Positions 9,591-19,006 of a stretch of 64,000 bases of DNA are shown here, piece after piece. The notes under the pieces are model-generated. The model was not told where the DNA came from. It ran no database searches and worked only from the letters and a program-made list of their open reading frames with translations. The stretch lies in the IMG/VR virus record IMGVR_UViG_3300008108_000016, positions 64,001-128,000 of that record; one strand, 5' to 3'. The translations under genes were made by a program, and so were the position numbers. Positions within the stretch are counted from its first letter, which is position 1; the number at the start of each line of letters is the position of its first letter. This DNA is from a virus.

Positions 9591-11357
9591 TTGGAGATTA
9601 CATCAAAAACAATAGAGCAAAAAGCTTTAGACGCACTTGATACATATTCAGGGGCGAATAACTATATTCTATACATTAAATCAAAAAAAGAAAAGAATAA
9701 AAAGTTTTATCCTACAAGAAGTCAATCTGATTATATATTAACTTATTTTGATGTTAAACCAAAAGTTGCTCGTAAATGGGTTGATCTTGATTCTTATTTT
9801 GCAAAGAAGTTTGCTGAAGAAAAATATCTATTAGAAACACCTGAAAAAGTATACGTTGAAAAACTTTTAGTTGAAAAGGAAAAGTCTTATCATATTTGGG
9901 GTAAATTTTTTGAGAAAGATCAGTTATCAGAATTTTGGGTTCCAAAATCGGCATTAATTAAAACACACACCATAGAAAAAGTTGACATTGATTATTTCAA
10001 ATATAATCATAGACCATTGTTATCCCACCAAGTTGAGGCGGTGGAAAAATTGGTTGGGTCAAAAAGATTCATTTTGGCGGATGATATGGGTTTAGGTAAA
10101 ACTACATCCACAATTGTTGCATCATTAGAAACAGGTGCAAAAAAAATATTAATTGTTTGTCCATCATCATTAAAAATAAATTGGCAAAGGGAAATTGCAA
10201 ATTATACCGACAGATCCGTTTATATTGCTGAAAGTAAGAATTTTTCATTGGATCATGATTTTGTTATTGTAAATTATGATATTTTAAAGAATTTTTATGA
10301 CACAGGAAAAGACAAGGAAAATAGTTTGATTTACAAATACAATCCTGATTTGGTTATTATTGATGAAGCTCATTATATACAAAATGCTCAAGCACAAAGA
10401 ACTAAATTGGTTAATAGTTTTAGTAAAAGTGCAAATCGTTTGTGGTTGTTAACAGGAACACCAATGACTTCAAGACCTATGAATTATTTCAATTTATTGA
10501 GTTTGATTGAGAGTCCCGTAGCACAAAATTGGATGGCATATGCTATTAGGTATTGTCAAGGATATCAGTTCAAAGCAGGAAAAAGAAAAGTATGGAACGT
10601 AACGGGAGCATCAAATCTTGAGGAATTAAGAGATAGAACGTCAAAACAAATTTTAAGAAGGTTAAAAGAAGAGGTGTTAGATCTACCTGAAAAAATAATC
10701 ACCCCAATCTATTTGAGAGTAAAATCAAAAGATTATGAAGAAATGATGGGTGAATATTATGAATGGTATGAAAACAAAAAAGAAGAATCCACATCTTTAA
10801 CAATTCAGTTCAGTAAATTAATGAAAGCAAGAAAAATAATTGCCAACGAAAAAATAAAACATACAATTGAGGTTGCCGAAAATATTATTGAGCAAGGTAA
10901 AAAAGTTATTATATTTACAAACTTTACCGACACATTACAAATGATACATAATCATTTTGGAAAACAATCTGTTTATTTAGATGGTAGTTGTACAAAACCT
11001 CAAAGACAATATGCTGTTGACCAATTCCAAGAAAACGATAAAATAAAAGTTTTTGTTGGTAATTTAAAAGCGGCTGGTGTTGGGTTAACTCTAACCGCAG
11101 CTGAAGTTGTAATAATGAATGATTTATCTTTTGTTCCTGCCGAACATTCACAAGCGGAAGATAGAGCTTATCGTTATGGTCAAAAGAATAATGTTTTAGT
11201 TTATTACCCTTTGTTTGAAAATACGATAGAGGGTGCAATCTATGATATCCTTAATAATAAGAAACAAATTATCAACACCGTAATGGGGGATGATTTATTA
11301 ATGAACGGTGGGGATGTTGTTGAGGAGATCTTAAATTCAATACATAGAAAACGTTAA
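9591..11357 (+). CDS. SNF2-family helicase/ATPase (SMARCAL1/HARP-like)
   Basis: LADDMGLGKT, DEAH, LTGTP, GVGLTL, QAEDRAYRYGQ. Confidence 0.9.
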   Translation: MEITSKTIEQKALDALDTYSGANNYILYIKSKKEKNKKFYPTRSQSDYILTYFDVKPKVARKWVDLDSYFAKKFAEEKYLLETPEKVYVEKLLVEKEKSYHIWGKFFEKDQLSEFWVPKSALIKTHTIEKVDIDYFKYNHRPLLSHQVEAVEKLVGSKRFILADDMGLGKTTSTIVASLETGAKKILIVCPSSLKINWQREIANYTDRSVYIAESKNFSLDHDFVIVNYDILKNFYDTGKDKENSLIYKYNPDLVIIDEAHYIQNAQAQRTKLVNSFSKSANRLWLLTGTPMTSRPMNYFNLLSLIESPVAQNWMAYAIRYCQGYQFKAGKRKVWNVTGASNLEELRDRTSKQILRRLKEEVLDLPEKIITPIYLRVKSKDYEEMMGEYYEWYENKKEESTSLTIQFSKLMKARKIIANEKIKHTIEVAENIIEQGKKVIIFTNFTDTLQMIHNHFGKQSVYLDGSCTKPQRQYAVDQFQENDKIKVFVGNLKAAGVGLTLTAAEVVIMNDLSFVPAEHSQAEDRAYRYGQKNNVLVYYPLFENTIEGAIYDILNNKKQIINTVMGDDLLMNGGDVVEEILNSIHRKR

Positions 11358-11385
11358 AACTTTAATTAACGGATATTTATCGTTA

Positions 11386-12816
11386 ATGAAAGTATCTATT
11401 AAACATATCAAATGCCCTATGACAAAGGAAAGTAGGGATCTTGCAAAAGTTTTTATTGAATTCTTACAAAAGAGATTTCCTCTTAATCACGATATTACAG
11501 TTTTATTTTTAGGCGAAAGAACTGGTACTATGACAACAGGTAGTAGAAATAATGATCACGTTTTAAAAGTATTAACAAAAAAAAGATTAAATAGAGATAT
11601 TTTAAAAACATTATCTCACGAGTGGGTTCACGAATACCAACATTCAATTTTAGGTAGAGAAAGAGGCCCAGATATTGGTGGTCAAAATGAAGATGAAGCT
11701 AACTCATATGCGGGAAGATTAATGAAGATTTTTGAGAAAGAACACCCTGAATTTACTGAATTAGTTTACGAAGGTTTTAAAAATACATTAAAAAGAATTG
11801 ATTTAATCTCTGAACAATTTGTTAAAAAAGATAAAGAATTAATACAAGAACAATTCCTATTAGAAATGAAAAAAATAGGAATAGATAAATTACCCTATTC
11901 TTATTCGGCATTAAAACAATTTGTGGATCCCGAAACAATGGATATTCACTATAACAAACATTACAAAGGATATGTAAAAAAACTTAACGATGCCTTGTCA
12001 AATAAGAAAGGTGAAATGGAACTTGAGGATATAATTAAAACCATAAGTAAGTTTGATACTAAAGTTAGAAATAATGCTGGTGGAGCATTTAATCATGCAT
12101 TATTTTGGAAAATGTTATCACCAAAAAAACAAACACCAAAGGGAGATATCTTGGAAAGAATATTAAAACAATTTGGTTCTTTTAAGAAATTCAAAGAAGA
12201 ATTTAACAAAGTCTCAATGGATAATTTTGGATCGGGTTGGTGTTGGTTAGTTCTAACGAAAACAAATAGATTAAAAATAATGTCAACACCAAATCAAGAC
12301 AATCCTTTAATGAATATAATTGATGGTGGTGGATATCCATTATTAGGTCTTGATTTGTGGGAACACGCATATTATTTGAAATATAGAAATAAAAGAGATC
12401 AATATATTAAAAATTTTTGGGATTGCGTGAATTGGGAATTCGTTAATAGTCTTTATGACTTGAAAACAAACAAAAAAGAAACAATTAATGAATCGGTTGA
12501 TCGTAGAGAAAAATCGGCATTAAAATGGTTAAACAAGAAATTTGGTGATCTTACACCGGTGGTTGTTGACAATAGAACATATTATATTGATGAGGACAGA
12601 AAACCATTATTTTACTATTCCCAGGATTCAAAATATAAGGATATTTATATAAATTACGAAAGAATTTGGTCGTTTTTTAATTCTATTTTTGGTCTGAATA
12701 CCTTGCAAACACAGGAGATTCTGAAGGTATGGTTGGAAGAGACCTATAATTTAAAGGGGGTCACACCTCCTAAAATTGTGTACCGCGGCTTTAAAATGGT
12801 TGGAAGAGACCTATAA
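11386..12816 (+). CDS. sod: Fusion: HExxH zincin-like domain + Mn/Fe superoxide dismutase + C-terminal domain ending in a repeat array
   Basis: HEWVHE...EDEAN; LPYSYSALKQ, HYNKHY, NNAGGAFNHALFW, FGSGW, NQDNP, DLWEHAYY; an extra domain of about 105 aa after KETINES. Confidence 0.88.
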   Translation: MKVSIKHIKCPMTKESRDLAKVFIEFLQKRFPLNHDITVLFLGERTGTMTTGSRNNDHVLKVLTKKRLNRDILKTLSHEWVHEYQHSILGRERGPDIGGQNEDEANSYAGRLMKIFEKEHPEFTELVYEGFKNTLKRIDLISEQFVKKDKELIQEQFLLEMKKIGIDKLPYSYSALKQFVDPETMDIHYNKHYKGYVKKLNDALSNKKGEMELEDIIKTISKFDTKVRNNAGGAFNHALFWKMLSPKKQTPKGDILERILKQFGSFKKFKEEFNKVSMDNFGSGWCWLVLTKTNRLKIMSTPNQDNPLMNIIDGGGYPLLGLDLWEHAYYLKYRNKRDQYIKNFWDCVNWEFVNSLYDLKTNKKETINESVDRREKSALKWLNKKFGDLTPVVVDNRTYYIDEDRKPLFYYSQDSKYKDIYINYERIWSFFNSIFGLNTLQTQEILKVWLEETYNLKGVTPPKIVYRGFKMVGRDL

Positions 12817-12890
12817 TTTAAAGGGGGGGGCACGCCAGTTGTGTCTCGTATGTTATAAAAATAACAGTCGGAGGAAACCTTATAATTTAA
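12732..12890 (+). CRISPR. CRISPR-like mini-array, type VI-B-like repeat: two full repeats, one degenerate repeat, two spacers
   Basis: R1 12732-12767 GTTGGAAGAGACCTATAATTTAAAGGGGGTCACACC (36 nt); spacer 31 nt; R2 12799-12836 (same, with a G8 run and CACGCC end); spacer 30 nt; R3 12867-12890 GTCGGAGGAAACCTTATAATTTAA. No cas genes in the window. Confidence 0.6.
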
Positions 12891-12943
12891 CCCACAAATA
12901 ATTAGTTTTTATTTAGTTGGATATTTATATAAAAACATTTATT

Positions 12944-14068
12944 ATGTCTATAATACCAGAACCAGAAAGATCTGACTTATATAAAAAAATCAGACATTTA
13001 TTAGGAGCACCATTGAGGGGTGTAGAATTGGAGGATGAACAAATGGATACATTATTGGAGTTTTCAATTGATCAGTATTCTCAATATGTTCACGATTGGT
13101 TGATTGAATCTCAATGGACAAGTTTATATAACTTAAACGTTGACACGCAATCTGTTGCAAGAGCGTTCGTATCTAAAAGTTTGGATTATGAAACAAGATA
13201 CACATATGCGTATTCCAAAATTGTTGGTTTACAGGCAGGTGGAGAATGGGAATTAAAGAAAGACTATATTCAGTTGGTTCCAAATCAACAAATATATGAG
13301 ATACCCGCAAACAGAGAAATTAATGAATTATTATGGTTTACACCGGCAGAGTTAAATAATATGTTATTTGATCCTTGGACATTTGGTGGTATTGCTGGAG
13401 GTGGTATTTCAGGCCCTGCGGGATACGCTCAACTTGGTAATATGTCAGGATCATATTTTATGATGCCAGCATTTGATATGTTATTAAGAATGCAAGAAAT
13501 TAATATTCAAAGAAGAATTATTGCGGGAGATTTAACATATAGAATCACTGCATTACCGGGAGGGAAGAAAGCAATACATTTAATGAACACACCGGGAGGT
13601 AAATTTGATTTTGGTAATTCAACTTTAGCAAAGGGTAAAGTTTGGTATTGGTATTATGACACAACTGAAGGAGGAAGAGATCAATGTTTAAAGGATAACC
13701 CTGATATTATCAAATTACCTTCCGATGTTCCAATTGATAAATTAAGTTGGGTTGATCTTAATCACCCTGCGCAGATATGGGTAAGAAACTGGTTTATTGC
13801 AAGTTGTAAAGAAACACTATCAAAAGTTAGAGGTAAATATAGTGGTAATCTTAAAACACCCGATAGTGAATTAACAATGGATTACCAATCATTAGCAACT
13901 GAAGGTAAAGATGAAAAAACCAAATTAATTGAGGAATTAATTGGTGCTGAAGGTAAATTAACAAGATTAAGACCTGATAAGGTATTAGAGCGTGAGGCGT
14001 TAATTGCAGAAAATTTAAATAAGCAATTAAAGTTCAGAGCCATGCCAAGACAAATTTATGTAATATGA
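12944..14068 (+). CDS. Neck protein, gp13-like
   Basis: IRHLLGAPLRGVELEDEQMD at the N-terminus and LSKVRGKYSG near the C-terminus; the ATG at 12944 follows TATTTAT at 12922-12928. Confidence 0.75.
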   Translation: MSIIPEPERSDLYKKIRHLLGAPLRGVELEDEQMDTLLEFSIDQYSQYVHDWLIESQWTSLYNLNVDTQSVARAFVSKSLDYETRYTYAYSKIVGLQAGGEWELKKDYIQLVPNQQIYEIPANREINELLWFTPAELNNMLFDPWTFGGIAGGGISGPAGYAQLGNMSGSYFMMPAFDMLLRMQEINIQRRIIAGDLTYRITALPGGKKAIHLMNTPGGKFDFGNSTLAKGKVWYWYYDTTEGGRDQCLKDNPDIIKLPSDVPIDKLSWVDLNHPAQIWVRNWFIASCKETLSKVRGKYSGNLKTPDSELTMDYQSLATEGKDEKTKLIEELIGAEGKLTRLRPDKVLEREALIAENLNKQLKFRAMPRQIYVI

Positions 14069-14424
14069 GTTTACGTATTGAAAACATTTCACCAAGAAAA
14101 AATGTGGTTAAGTATCAAACACATAGAGTTGTTGTACCACAAAATGTTATAACAGATAAAGTTGTAACAACCGAAAACTACACAATTAATGAGGAATTGT
14201 TAGTGATAGTTAAAGATGTAGAAAATTCTGAAATAACTTTAAATTCAGAAAAAAATAAAACGGTAACCATTAAATCTTTGACTACCGTTTTAATTAAACC
14301 TGATATTGGATCCATTGATGAAGAATGGGATGAACTTCTTTTAGAAAAAGGTTCTTGTGTTCATCTGTCTTTTGTTGAGGGTAATTGGTATATTATTTCA
14401 TCAGATGGGTTAAAGTTAAATTAA
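14065..14424 (+). CDS. Hypothetical beta-rich (possibly structural) protein
   Basis: 119-aa ORF overlapping the stop of the neck gene. Confidence 0.55.
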   Translation: MSLRIENISPRKNVVKYQTHRVVVPQNVITDKVVTTENYTINEELLVIVKDVENSEITLNSEKNKTVTIKSLTTVLIKPDIGSIDEEWDELLLEKGSCVHLSFVEGNWYIISSDGLKLN

Positions 14425-14433
14425 CCCATCTTT

Positions 14434-17361
14434 TTATACGTGTTGTTCCCAACCAGGTTCTGCCAATTCATACATATAGTTAGGATCAATACCAACCTTA
14501 TCCCAAAACTCAACTTCACCTTCTTCCATTTTCATTAAGTGTTCATCAAGATCATCCTGATCCCTTTCCTCAAATGGAACACCATTAATAAGTTCACATT
14601 GTTCCTTTGTGAAAAATCCTCTTTCTTCAGGATTCTTAACTAATAGTCCACTTCTTACCTCTTCCTTAAAAACAATAAGTAATGGTTCTACCCTTTTATT
14701 AAAAGTAACAATTGCTCTCGGTACGTTATATTCCCCTGTCATATCGGGATTATTTTCAATGTCAGAAGGATCTAACATATAGGAATTTAATTGAATTACC
14801 GAATCTGAAGTTGCAACTCTATATGCCATATCTGTTGGTATTCCCGTATTAGCCTCCTTATATTTACTATCACTACGAACCCAGTTATCATCCGACCAAG
14901 ATTTTTCCCAACCATTATTAAGTAGGTATTGTTCTTTATTTTTATAATCTGATTTTTTGTAGTTTGAAAAATACAAATTTATCTGTTCATCAGTCCATCC
15001 CTTTTTTGGTCTGTTAACTTTTTGAACATCTCCGTGTGATGCCTTTGTACCGTTATTAACATAATAGATAATATCACCCAAATTTACATTAAGACCATCT
15101 CTAATTGCAAGTTCCATGTGTGCTTGTCTTGACATCAAAGCACCTGCCTTTGTAGTTTGTTTACTTCTTTTAATGTAATCCTCAATACTCTGTTTAACTT
15201 TTGATTTAGAAGCAATTTGCATTAATGGAATTTTTTGATCAAATATAGTTTGTAAATAATCGTAATAGTAGTCAACAAATTCCTGACCCCTACCCTCAAG
15301 AAGTAGTCTAATTCCTTTATCCAAAAACACCTCAATGTATTTAGGCATTTTTTTAGATTTTATTGAGTTACCCGTTAATTTAATTTTTCCGTTGTGTTCT
15401 AAGGTTGCATAGTTTTTACGAGCAAGATTAATACATGAACTCCATGTTCCATCACAATCAAGACCCATTTCACCCCTCATAAACATATCGTTAAATTCCG
15501 CAACATCAGCATCATAACCTCTGTACTCTTTTCCTTCTTTAACCAACCAATTTAAACCTTTCCCAATATAAACACGATCATCTACACCACCTTCAGGTAA
15601 TGAGAAGTTCATACCATCGGTATCACATACGAGTGGGGTATAACCTCGTTTTATAAAGAACTTTAACATTTGACGAAGATACTGCCTACCCGTACAGGTA
15701 ATCTGTTCTCCCATGTCAATATCACCCCATGGGAATACTTGTGGTGCCGAAAGTGAACCAAAGAATGCGTTGATAAAGATCTTAATTGGTAATTGTTTTC
15801 TATCGTAAGACAATGACTTTTTCTTGTCAATACTTTTATATTCAGAAGCCAAATTCTTATACATGATACGAGTACTTCTAAAATAAGATAGTAATCCCTT
15901 CATCGCTCCCGTTATATCGCAATCAGGGAAAACATCATGAACCAACTGAATTGATGGATATAGTGATGAGTAGTCAAGTTTTAATACATCTTTAGAATAT
16001 CCCACCTTTAGTAGTCTTGATAGACCACCAACAAATCTTCTTTGTTCTTCTTTCTTTGGTATAGCAAGTCCATACTTATATGACCAAGCAAGCATTATCA
16101 TTTTCCATAATGTTGCAGTTCCCATTGTTGAAACCCTTTCATATGTTGTTGGTACTAATGATGCAAGAAGAAATGTCCCTTGATTGAACTCATCATCAAC
16201 AATTAGGGTTTCCTCAAGGTCATCGTCAAGATATCTCTCAACAATATCATCACCAGTTGTTTTTATGTATATATCTCCTCTTCTATAACATACCTCATCA
16301 ACCTTTGGGTCTGATCCGACTTTTTTATATTTACCATTTGTTGTATTTAACCAATACTCATTTTTTTCAGCATACATAGGGCCAATCTTAGTATGATCAA
16401 TATAAATACGATCTTTAGCCTCGGCATCAATATATTTTGTAATATACTTAAGACCCGCTTCTTTTATATTTGAATTGATTGCCTGAGCTCTACGAACAGA
16501 ATGGATAATATCAATTACGTTATACCCCCACATTTGTACTTGGTTATATCTCTCAACTTCGTTTGCCAATTTCAACATTGATTCCTTTTGTGAAATTGGT
16601 TTCAGATGATTTAAAGATGTTGGGATCTTTTTAAGGTCAATATGAAGGGCTTTACACCTTTCAAAGATCCAATACCAGTCAAAGTTTGCTGAGTTATACC
16701 CACCAATAATAGAAGGTTTTATTTCGTCTATAATTCTAAAGAACTCAACAAGTCCTTTTCTTTCTTGATCTTCATCTTTACATTCAATAACTTTTAAAAA
16801 CCCTTTATTAGTTTTCATACCTATCATGAATATACGACCGTCTTTAGGTTCCAATGCGGTCGTTTCCAAGTCAAATACAAACCTTGTAATGTCGTTGTAT
16901 TCCTCAAAACCTTTAAATAATCTTTTTTCTTTTGAGATGAGGTATTGTTCTACAGGAGGTAGAACCATTATTTTATCTTTAGTTTTTTCTCCCCAAGGAT
17001 CTATTCCACCATCTCTAAAAAATTGAATGAGTTCTCTATAACCTTTCAACGATTTAACCATAAACGTTAAACCATTCTCCAATCTTTTATTTCCATCGGT
17101 GCGTAATTTCTCAATGACAATACCATATTTTGTCATTGCTTCTTTTTGTTGATCTTTAGATGAGTTGTAAAAATTTAGACCTCGTAAATCACCAACCCAT
17201 GCAAATGCGGTTAGTTTGTCTTTTTGAATTGATTTACCCTTATCAGGTGTTTCTTTGATTTTATAAATGCAGTTTGAAACATAATCATATTCTATGGAAA
17301 CAATATGTTGTTCAGGATCCGATCCCTCAAGGAACGATTTAATTTCTTCGTGATTAATCAT
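14434..17361 (-). CDS. polB: DNA polymerase, family B
   Basis: ExoI FDLETT, ExoII GYNSANFDW, PolA LDYSSLYPS, PolB KIFINAFFG, PolC CDTDG, RKNY. Confidence 0.95.
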   Translation of the reverse strand: MINHEEIKSFLEGSDPEQHIVSIEYDYVSNCIYKIKETPDKGKSIQKDKLTAFAWVGDLRGLNFYNSSKDQQKEAMTKYGIVIEKLRTDGNKRLENGLTFMVKSLKGYRELIQFFRDGGIDPWGEKTKDKIMVLPPVEQYLISKEKRLFKGFEEYNDITRFVFDLETTALEPKDGRIFMIGMKTNKGFLKVIECKDEDQERKGLVEFFRIIDEIKPSIIGGYNSANFDWYWIFERCKALHIDLKKIPTSLNHLKPISQKESMLKLANEVERYNQVQMWGYNVIDIIHSVRRAQAINSNIKEAGLKYITKYIDAEAKDRIYIDHTKIGPMYAEKNEYWLNTTNGKYKKVGSDPKVDEVCYRRGDIYIKTTGDDIVERYLDDDLEETLIVDDEFNQGTFLLASLVPTTYERVSTMGTATLWKMIMLAWSYKYGLAIPKKEEQRRFVGGLSRLLKVGYSKDVLKLDYSSLYPSIQLVHDVFPDCDITGAMKGLLSYFRSTRIMYKNLASEYKSIDKKKSLSYDRKQLPIKIFINAFFGSLSAPQVFPWGDIDMGEQITCTGRQYLRQMLKFFIKRGYTPLVCDTDGMNFSLPEGGVDDRVYIGKGLNWLVKEGKEYRGYDADVAEFNDMFMRGEMGLDCDGTWSSCINLARKNYATLEHNGKIKLTGNSIKSKKMPKYIEVFLDKGIRLLLEGRGQEFVDYYYDYLQTIFDQKIPLMQIASKSKVKQSIEDYIKRSKQTTKAGALMSRQAHMELAIRDGLNVNLGDIIYYVNNGTKASHGDVQKVNRPKKGWTDEQINLYFSNYKKSDYKNKEQYLLNNGWEKSWSDDNWVRSDSKYKEANTGIPTDMAYRVATSDSVIQLNSYMLDPSDIENNPDMTGEYNVPRAIVTFNKRVEPLLIVFKEEVRSGLLVKNPEERGFFTKEQCELINGVPFEERDQDDLDEHLMKMEEGEVEFWDKVGIDPNYMYELAEPGWEQHV

Positions 17362-17424
17362 TAATAATATATTTAAATTGGTTCATTATCTGCTGGTCTA
17401 TGCCAACATTTACCTTCCTTTTTA

Positions 17425-17453
17425 AATATATTATAAAAACAAACTAATGTCAA
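17425..17453 (-). promoter_or_regulatory. Sigma70-consensus-like promoter upstream of polB
   Basis: Minus strand: TTGACA (17453-17448), a 17-nt spacer, then TATATT (17430-17425). Confidence 0.55.
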
Positions 17454-17481
17454 AATAAACCCCCAATTTTATTTTTGGGGG
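17452..17481 (-). terminator. Rho-independent terminator
   Basis: CCCCCAA-N8-TTGGGGG hairpin followed by TTTATTTT on the minus strand, just after ORF 17487-17723. Confidence 0.65.
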
Positions 17482-17486
17482 ATATA

Positions 17487-17723
17487 TTATGCTTGATAAA
17501 TTTCTTTTAGTCTTGCCTCAACATCGGCATTTGTCCAATCACCAATTGCATCGTAAGCATCGCCTTCCCATAAAGTAATCGGCTCACCAAATTGATCAGT
17601 GTGAATTACAACCATCTTTCTTTCAGGAAAATCAACCATTCTTTTAATGTTAATCTCATTAACGGTTTTTGTTTGTTCTGGTACAACTACCACAGTTTTA
17701 GGGTTTTCAATTGTTACTTTCAT
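17487..17723 (-). CDS. Hypothetical protein
   Basis: 78-aa ORF with typical phage composition (LWEGDAYDAIGDWT). Confidence 0.6.
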   Translation of the reverse strand: MKVTIENPKTVVVVPEQTKTVNEINIKRMVDFPERKMVVIHTDQFGEPITLWEGDAYDAIGDWTNADVEARLKEIYQA

Positions 17724-17744
17724 TTTTAATTTATTTTATGTTTA

Positions 17745-18161
17745 TTAATTACAACAAGGAAAATCAATTACATAACAACTTTCATAAGGCAAGTCTTCAG
17801 ATATGAAACTTTCTTGTATGTTTATAAAAAGTCGTTCACGTATTGGTAAAATTAATGTACCATCAGTATTTCTTAATAAGAATTGACCTTCATACCTACC
17901 CACTTTATTTGTATCTCTTGGGGTAAACTGATAGTATATATAATATTCTGGATCCGCATTTGGATCTATTTGTACTTTCTCAACAAATCCTGCGGGTCTT
18001 GTGGAAATTTTAGGAATTCCTGTCTCAACATTAACCATTGAAAAGAATATTGAAGACTCCTCTATCATAGACATAAAATTATTATAATCACTCCTCCCGT
18101 CTTTTACTACTTGTAGTTTTAAAATAGGTAAAGTCGCATTTTTCTTTATGTAGAATTCCAT
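17745..18161 (-). CDS. BppU-N-like baseplate/fibre attachment protein
   Basis: FYIKKNATLP...YQFTPRDTNKVGRYEGQF...LILP pattern; TATTTAT at 18175-18181. Confidence 0.5.
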   Translation of the reverse strand: MEFYIKKNATLPILKLQVVKDGRSDYNNFMSMIEESSIFFSMVNVETGIPKISTRPAGFVEKVQIDPNADPEYYIYYQFTPRDTNKVGRYEGQFLLRNTDGTLILPIRERLFINIQESFISEDLPYESCYVIDFPCCN

Positions 18162-18258
18162 TAGTGTTTTTACTATAAATACTTGATAGAAAGAAAATAT
18201 TTTTTATTTATTATTAATTATAGTGAAACTTTAATAATAAACAAGATATTTATATAAT

Positions 18259-18414
18259 ATGGCAAGACCAACAAAATTAGAAAAAGACAGAAAGATTAAA
18301 TTTGGAATAAGTTTAGATCGTGATTTGTTTGATAGAATGGTTAAAGAAAAAATTAAAAAGTCAACATTACTTAATAAATTATTAAGAGAATATTATGAAA
18401 ACAAAAATTTGTAG
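18259..18414 (+). CDS. Small ribbon-helix-helix protein (51 aa, not in the ORF track)
   Basis: MARPTKLEKDRKIKFGISLDRDLFDRMVKEKIKKSTLLNKLLREYYENKNL*; TATTTAT at 18247-18253; overlaps the HNH start. Confidence 0.7.
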   Translation: MARPTKLEKDRKIKFGISLDRDLFDRMVKEKIKKSTLLNKLLREYYENKNL

Positions 18415-19006
18415 TAAATGTAAGGAAGAAAAGGATGTTTGTGAGTTTTATAAAAACAACAAAAATCCTAACTTATATAGAGGAAGTTGTAAAATATGTA
18501 TGAATAAACAATCAAAAGAATATACTGAAAAAAATAAAATCTCTATCTCCGAAAAAAATAAAGAATATCGTAAAAAAAACAGAGAATTGATAAAAATTAA
18601 AAGAAAAAAATATTTAGAAAACAACCCAAATTTATTTAAAAATTGGTATAATAAAAACAAAGAAAGTAGGAAGGAGTATTTAAAAAAATATAATTCCAAC
18701 CCAATAGTAAAAGTAAAAAATTCATTAAGATCAAGAATAAACGAACTAATGAATAAAAAATACAATAACCCAAAAACAACAGATTTAGTTGGGTGTGATT
18801 ATAGTTTATTAATTGAGTATATTGAGAGTAAATTTACAATTGGAATGTCTTGGGAAAATTATGGTTATTATGGTTGGCATATTGATCATATAGTCCCATT
18901 ATCCTCGGCAAAAAATGAAAATGAATTAAAAAAATTATTCCATTATACAAACCTACAACCATTATGGGCTGAAGAAAATTTAAGTAAAGGAAATAAAATA
19001 TTTTAA
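18395..19006 (+). mobile_element. HNH homing endonuclease
   Basis: N-terminal CSKC...CKIC zinc finger; WHIDHIVPLS...HYTNLQPLWAEENLSKG; antisense to its neighbours. Confidence 0.85.

Noticed and set aside
12732-12890. Diversity-generating retroelement TR/VR pair or TIGR-like array
   Set aside because: No reverse transcriptase or Nop-domain gene is in the window, repeat differences are not confined to adenines, and the layout is a single repeat alternating with ~30-nt unique spacers.
14434-17361. Intein or intron in PolB or the helicase
   Set aside because: No C/S...HN-C/S/T splice motifs or LAGLIDADG blocks were seen, and motif spacing is continuous.
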